A DNA stretch of 64,000 nucleotides, from positions 40,668 through 104,667 of the forward strand of contig CAZWQM010000005.1 of NCBI GenBank assembly GCA_964636225.1, read 5' to 3'. This DNA is from an uncultured Thiotrichales bacterium. Its GTDB lineage: Bacteria; Pseudomonadota; Gammaproteobacteria; UBA4575. The position numbers were made by a program, and so were the translations under genes. Positions 60,841-64,000 of this stretch are shown one piece after another. The notes under the pieces were generated by a model. That model was not told the DNA's origin and made no database searches. It saw only the letters and a list, made by a program, of their open reading frames with translations. Positions within the stretch are counted from its first letter, which is position 1, and every line of letters begins with the position of its first letter.

Positions 60841-61850
60841 TCAACTTCGTTTTTGAGTGATCGGGATATCAGATATTCAACTGCTTCTCGTGCCGGCTTA
60901 CCATTGTATAAAACTTCATACACCTGATGGCTTATAGGTAACTCAATGCCTAGTCGGTGTGCCAGATCGTAGACGACTTTGGCCGCGTATTTACCCTCAA
61001 TGACTTGACCTATCTCCTGTTCTACTTGTGCAAGGGATTTGCCACTGCCAATGCCCAGACCAAAGCGACGATTACGCGACAGATTTTCTGTACAGGTTAA
61101 TACAATATCACCTAGGCCGGACAGGCCGGAGAAAGTCTGAGTGTGCGCTCCAAGCTTTCTGCCCAAACGAATCATTTCTGCCATGCCTCGTGTGATTAAG
61201 GCAGCACGTGCATTAGCGCCAAACTGCAAGCCGTCACTGATACCGGTGGCAATCGCAAGTATATTTTTAAAAGTACCTCCAATTTCTACACCGGTTACAT
61301 CAGTACTAATATAAGTACGAAATAAACTGTCATGAAATAATCGCGCGGCCTTGCGTGCAAAAGCGGTGTGTTTGGATGCAACTGTAACGGCAGTCGGTAA
61401 ACCCTTACCCACTTCTTGAGCAAACGAAGGTCCGGATAAGATGGCATTGTTTATGCCGCTTCTTAATTCCTCCTCTGCTATCTGATGTAAAAATTTACCA
61501 CTGCCCTGTTCCAGACCTTTGCAAGCCCAGATAATGCCTTGCAGATTTTCACTGGCATTTGAGTTGATACGTTGCATCATCTCCCGCATGGTAAGACTGG
61601 GAACAGCCACTATGATGAAATCACTGGTTTGAACAAGCCGGGAAAAATCTACACAGGGAATAATATTGTCTGACAACATCGCGCCCGGCAGGTAACGAGA
61701 GTTTTCCTTTTGTGAAATTACTTTCTGTAGTGCCTGCGTATTTCTGCCCCAAAGCTGAATTTGCGGGTGTAGTTTGGCTAGATGTATGGCTAGTGCCGTT
61801 CCCCATGCGCCGGCTCCGAGTACGCCGATTGAAGAAGGCTTGTTGCTCAT
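60837..61850 (-). CDS. gpsA: NAD(P)H-dependent glycerol-3-phosphate dehydrogenase
   Basis: 337 aa with an N-terminal GAGAWGTALA Rossmann fold. Confidence 0.93.
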   Translation of the reverse strand: MSNKPSSIGVLGAGAWGTALAIHLAKLHPQIQLWGRNTQALQKVISQKENSRYLPGAMLSDNIIPCVDFSRLVQTSDFIIVAVPSLTMREMMQRINSNASENLQGIIWACKGLEQGSGKFLHQIAEEELRSGINNAILSGPSFAQEVGKGLPTAVTVASKHTAFARKAARLFHDSLFRTYISTDVTGVEIGGTFKNILAIATGISDGLQFGANARAALITRGMAEMIRLGRKLGAHTQTFSGLSGLGDIVLTCTENLSRNRRFGLGIGSGKSLAQVEQEIGQVIEGKYAAKVVYDLAHRLGIELPISHQVYEVLYNGKPAREAVEYLISRSLKNEVD

Positions 61851-61895
61851 CTAAGTAATTTCAGTCTGACTTCAGCACTAATCTGCGGGAAATCA

Positions 61896-62360
61896 TCAGT
61901 GCTTGGTGCTTTTACCAGTCGCTTGCAACTGTTCTTTTTGCTGTGCCATTTGCTGGGCATACAGCGCATCAAAATTGACTGGGGATAATAACAATGGAGG
62001 GAACCCGCCTTTGCTGATTAACTCGGCAACGGCTTCACGTGCAAATGGAAACAGGGTATGCGGGCAATAACTGCCAAGCAAATGATTGCGTTGTTCTTCA
62101 GGAAAGTCTTTAATCAAAAATACACCCGACTGTTTTAATTCAACTAAAAACGCCGTTTTTTCATTTTGTTTTGATGTCACACTTACATTAAGAGTGACTT
62201 CGTATAACTCGTCAGTAAGTTTTATGTTTTGTGATGTCAGATGAATATCTGTTTTAGGCTGCCATTTTTCACGAAATACTTCAGGGCTGTTGGGAGACTC
62301 AAAAGAAACATCTTTTAAAAAGATTTTTTGAATCTCAAATCTTTGCTCGGTGTCTGCCAT
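61896..62360 (-). CDS. secB: Protein-export chaperone SecB
   Basis: 154 aa, conserved. It sits in the grxC-secB-gpsA cluster, as in E. coli. Confidence 0.9.
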   Translation of the reverse strand: MADTEQRFEIQKIFLKDVSFESPNSPEVFREKWQPKTDIHLTSQNIKLTDELYEVTLNVSVTSKQNEKTAFLVELKQSGVFLIKDFPEEQRNHLLGSYCPHTLFPFAREAVAELISKGGFPPLLLSPVNFDALYAQQMAQQKEQLQATGKSTKH

Positions 62361-62403
62361 GGGAAAATATTAAAGAATGTAGTTGGAAGATTGATGTGTG
62401 AAT

Positions 62404-62667
62404 TTATTCTAGGCCCAGCATGCCATTAAGTTTGCCTTCCCGATTAAGTTCTGCCAGGTCATCAAAACCACCTACATGTGTGTCGCCGATGAAGATTTGC
62501 GGAATACTGGTGCGCCCACTGAGCCGTTCCATTTCTTCACGTATGGAAGGATCATTATCAACTAATATTTCTCGGTATTTAACGCCTTTATTGTCAAGTA
62601 ATCTTTTGGCTGCATTACAATATGAGCATAAACGTCCGCTATACACCTTGATGTCTGGAGTCTTCAT
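62404..62667 (-). CDS. grxC: Glutaredoxin 3
   Basis: CSYC active site. The likely start is the internal MKTPDIKVY, 11 codons into the ORF-track call. Confidence 0.85.
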   Translation of the reverse strand: MKTPDIKVYSGRLCSYCNAAKRLLDNKGVKYREILVDNDPSIREEMERLSGRTSIPQIFIGDTHVGGFDDLAELNREGKLNGMLGLE

Positions 62668-63089
62668 TATTTCACCACTGGTAGGTTGGCAGATTTCCAT
62701 CCTTCAAGGCCGCCTTTAAGGTTCATCACGTTAGTAAAATTATGTTTTTTCAAAATTTCACAGGCGGAAGATGAACGATTTCCGCTTTTACATAGCGTAA
62801 TGACGGGTTGATCTGCATAGGCTTTTAGTTCATCTACACGTTGTTTTAGCACACTTAAAGCCAGATGTTTTGAACCGCGGATTGAGCCCTGAGCGAGTTC
62901 ATTGCTCTCTCGCACATCAATAATAACTGCATTCTCTTTATTGATTAACTGTACTGCTTCAGCGGGGGAGATATCTTTGAAGCCTCGTGTAGCACGTTTT
63001 ATCTCCATACGCACTATAAGCATAAGGATAACGCCAAGCGCAACAAACAAAATAAAATTATTAGTAAAAAATTCAGATTCAGGAGTCAT
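62667..63089 (-). CDS. Rhodanese-domain protein (YibN-like) with an N-terminal transmembrane segment
   Basis: 140 aa with an active-site CKSGNRS. Confidence 0.8.
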   Translation of the reverse strand: MTPESEFFTNNFILFVALGVILMLIVRMEIKRATRGFKDISPAEAVQLINKENAVIIDVRESNELAQGSIRGSKHLALSVLKQRVDELKAYADQPVITLCKSGNRSSSACEILKKHNFTNVMNLKGGLEGWKSANLPVVK

Positions 63090-63151
63090 AAGCTAGCGGC
63101 CCGGGATTCAGCGGGCTGTCATTATACAAATTAATGAATCGTATTCTATCT

Positions 63152-63499
63152 TTAATGTGTTGAGCAGAAGACGTATTGCATCATTTCTATAAGCTTTAAA
63201 GTGCGTTCATCACCGACTTTATAAAATACCCGGTTAGCGTCTTTTCGCGACTTCAAAATGCCTTTGTCACGTAGAATGGCAAGATGCTGTGAAATGTTGC
63301 TTTGAGAGGTGCCCACATTTTCAACGATTTCTTGTACGCTGACTTCTTGATCGCCAAGTACACACAGTATCTTTAGGCGTAATGGATGAGACATAGCCTT
63401 CAATGAACGCGAGGCTCTTTCTATATCATCCTCTTTTGCCATGAGGTCTGAGCGATTGAGTGGCACAAAGCCGGTTTCAGTCATTTTATTCGCTTCCAT
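63152..63499 (-). CDS. ArsR/SmtB-family transcriptional regulator
   Basis: Helix-turn-helix (VQEIVENVGTSQSNISQHLAILRDKGIL). It is adjacent to the rhodanese gene. Confidence 0.75.
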   Translation of the reverse strand: MEANKMTETGFVPLNRSDLMAKEDDIERASRSLKAMSHPLRLKILCVLGDQEVSVQEIVENVGTSQSNISQHLAILRDKGILKSRKDANRVFYKVGDERTLKLIEMMQYVFCSTH

Positions 63500-63581
63500 T
63501 CATATCCTAATAAATTAATAATGGCATTATCGAATATTCTAAACCATTAATACGACAATAATAGTCGGGAATTTGTCTGTT

Positions 63582-64000
63582 GAATAGCCTTTTCCTTTAT
63601 TTTTATGACAATCGCGGTAAGCAAATATTCCGTGCAATAGAAGCTACTTGTTTAATATTCAGTCTAACTGGTTTGTTTGTGGCGCATGCCGAAGAAGGAC
63701 TGAGCGACACTCAGGCACAGCTTGACAGAGTTACAAAAATTGTTGAACAGATTGAAAGTAACCTTGCAAAAAACATTAAAAATCAAGATCTTGTACGTAA
63801 GGAAATGGATCAGCTTGAGCGTGAACTGGGCAAGCTGCATGCGCAAATAAAAGCCACTGAAAACAGTATCTCGCAGGGTCAGAAGCGCGAAAAACAGCTG
63901 CAGAATGAAAAAGCTCGCCTGGATCAGGATTTGGCCGACCAGGGTATACTATTCAAACAGCTGGTACGGGTTGCCTATGGTGCTCAGGACCAGAGTAAAT
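63582..64000 (+). CDS. envC: Murein hydrolase activator EnvC-like (coiled coil / M23 family), 5' part only; start codon uncertain (TTG?)
   Basis: My manual translation gives a signal peptide ...IFSLTGLFVAHA, then EEGLSDTQAQLDRVTKIVEQIESNLAKNIKNQDLVRKEMDQLERELGKLHAQIKATENSISQGQKREKQLQNEKARLDQDLADQ... running to the window end. This is the EnvC N-terminal coiled coil. Confidence 0.55.

Overview
This window looks like the chromosomal replication-origin region of a gammaproteobacterium (moderately AT-rich, roughly 40-43% GC by eye, not computed). Almost all of it is densely packed, syntenic housekeeping DNA. Left to right:
- comF (partial), bioB, bioF, radC (disrupted), coaBC, dut, phosphomannomutase, argB, a DUF4124 protein, pyrE and xth.
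- An ampG-like permease, a DUF4197 pseudogene, an L,D-transpeptidase, an orphan ParA-like ATPase, a second xth and an SH3-domain protein.
- gyrB, recF, dnaN and dnaA on the minus strand, diverging from rpmH-rnpA-yidD-yidC-mnmE-mnmG-rsmG-parA-parB-atpIBEFHAGDC-glmU-glmS on the plus strand. This is a Pseudomonas-type origin organisation.
- A decayed accessory patch: a Wzx-type flippase with an internal stop, a YggU/DUF167 remnant, a Fur-family regulator, thiO, a MarR regulator and a 3' fragment of a CapK/PaaK-like ligase.
- thiS-thiG-trmB, a SulP permease, a frameshifted Tas-like aldo-keto reductase, plsC, gmhB, glyS and glyQ.
- A long non-coding leader carrying a sigma-54 promoter and tandem NtrC sites, then glnA, a DUF4124 protein, ntrB, ntrC, a class-1 pyrD-like gene and trmL.
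- gpsA, secB, grxC, a rhodanese, an ArsR regulator and the start of envC.
I found no rRNA, tRNA, CRISPR array, IS element or phage genes.
The notable signal is not a new multi-gene system. It is an unusually high density of conserved genes with in-frame nonsense or frameshift lesions: radC twice, DUF4197, wzx, tas and yggU. This looks like ongoing reductive evolution. I also flag a candidate oriC in the AT-rich dnaA-dnaN spacer.
I could not support any novel defence or secretion system from the sequence.
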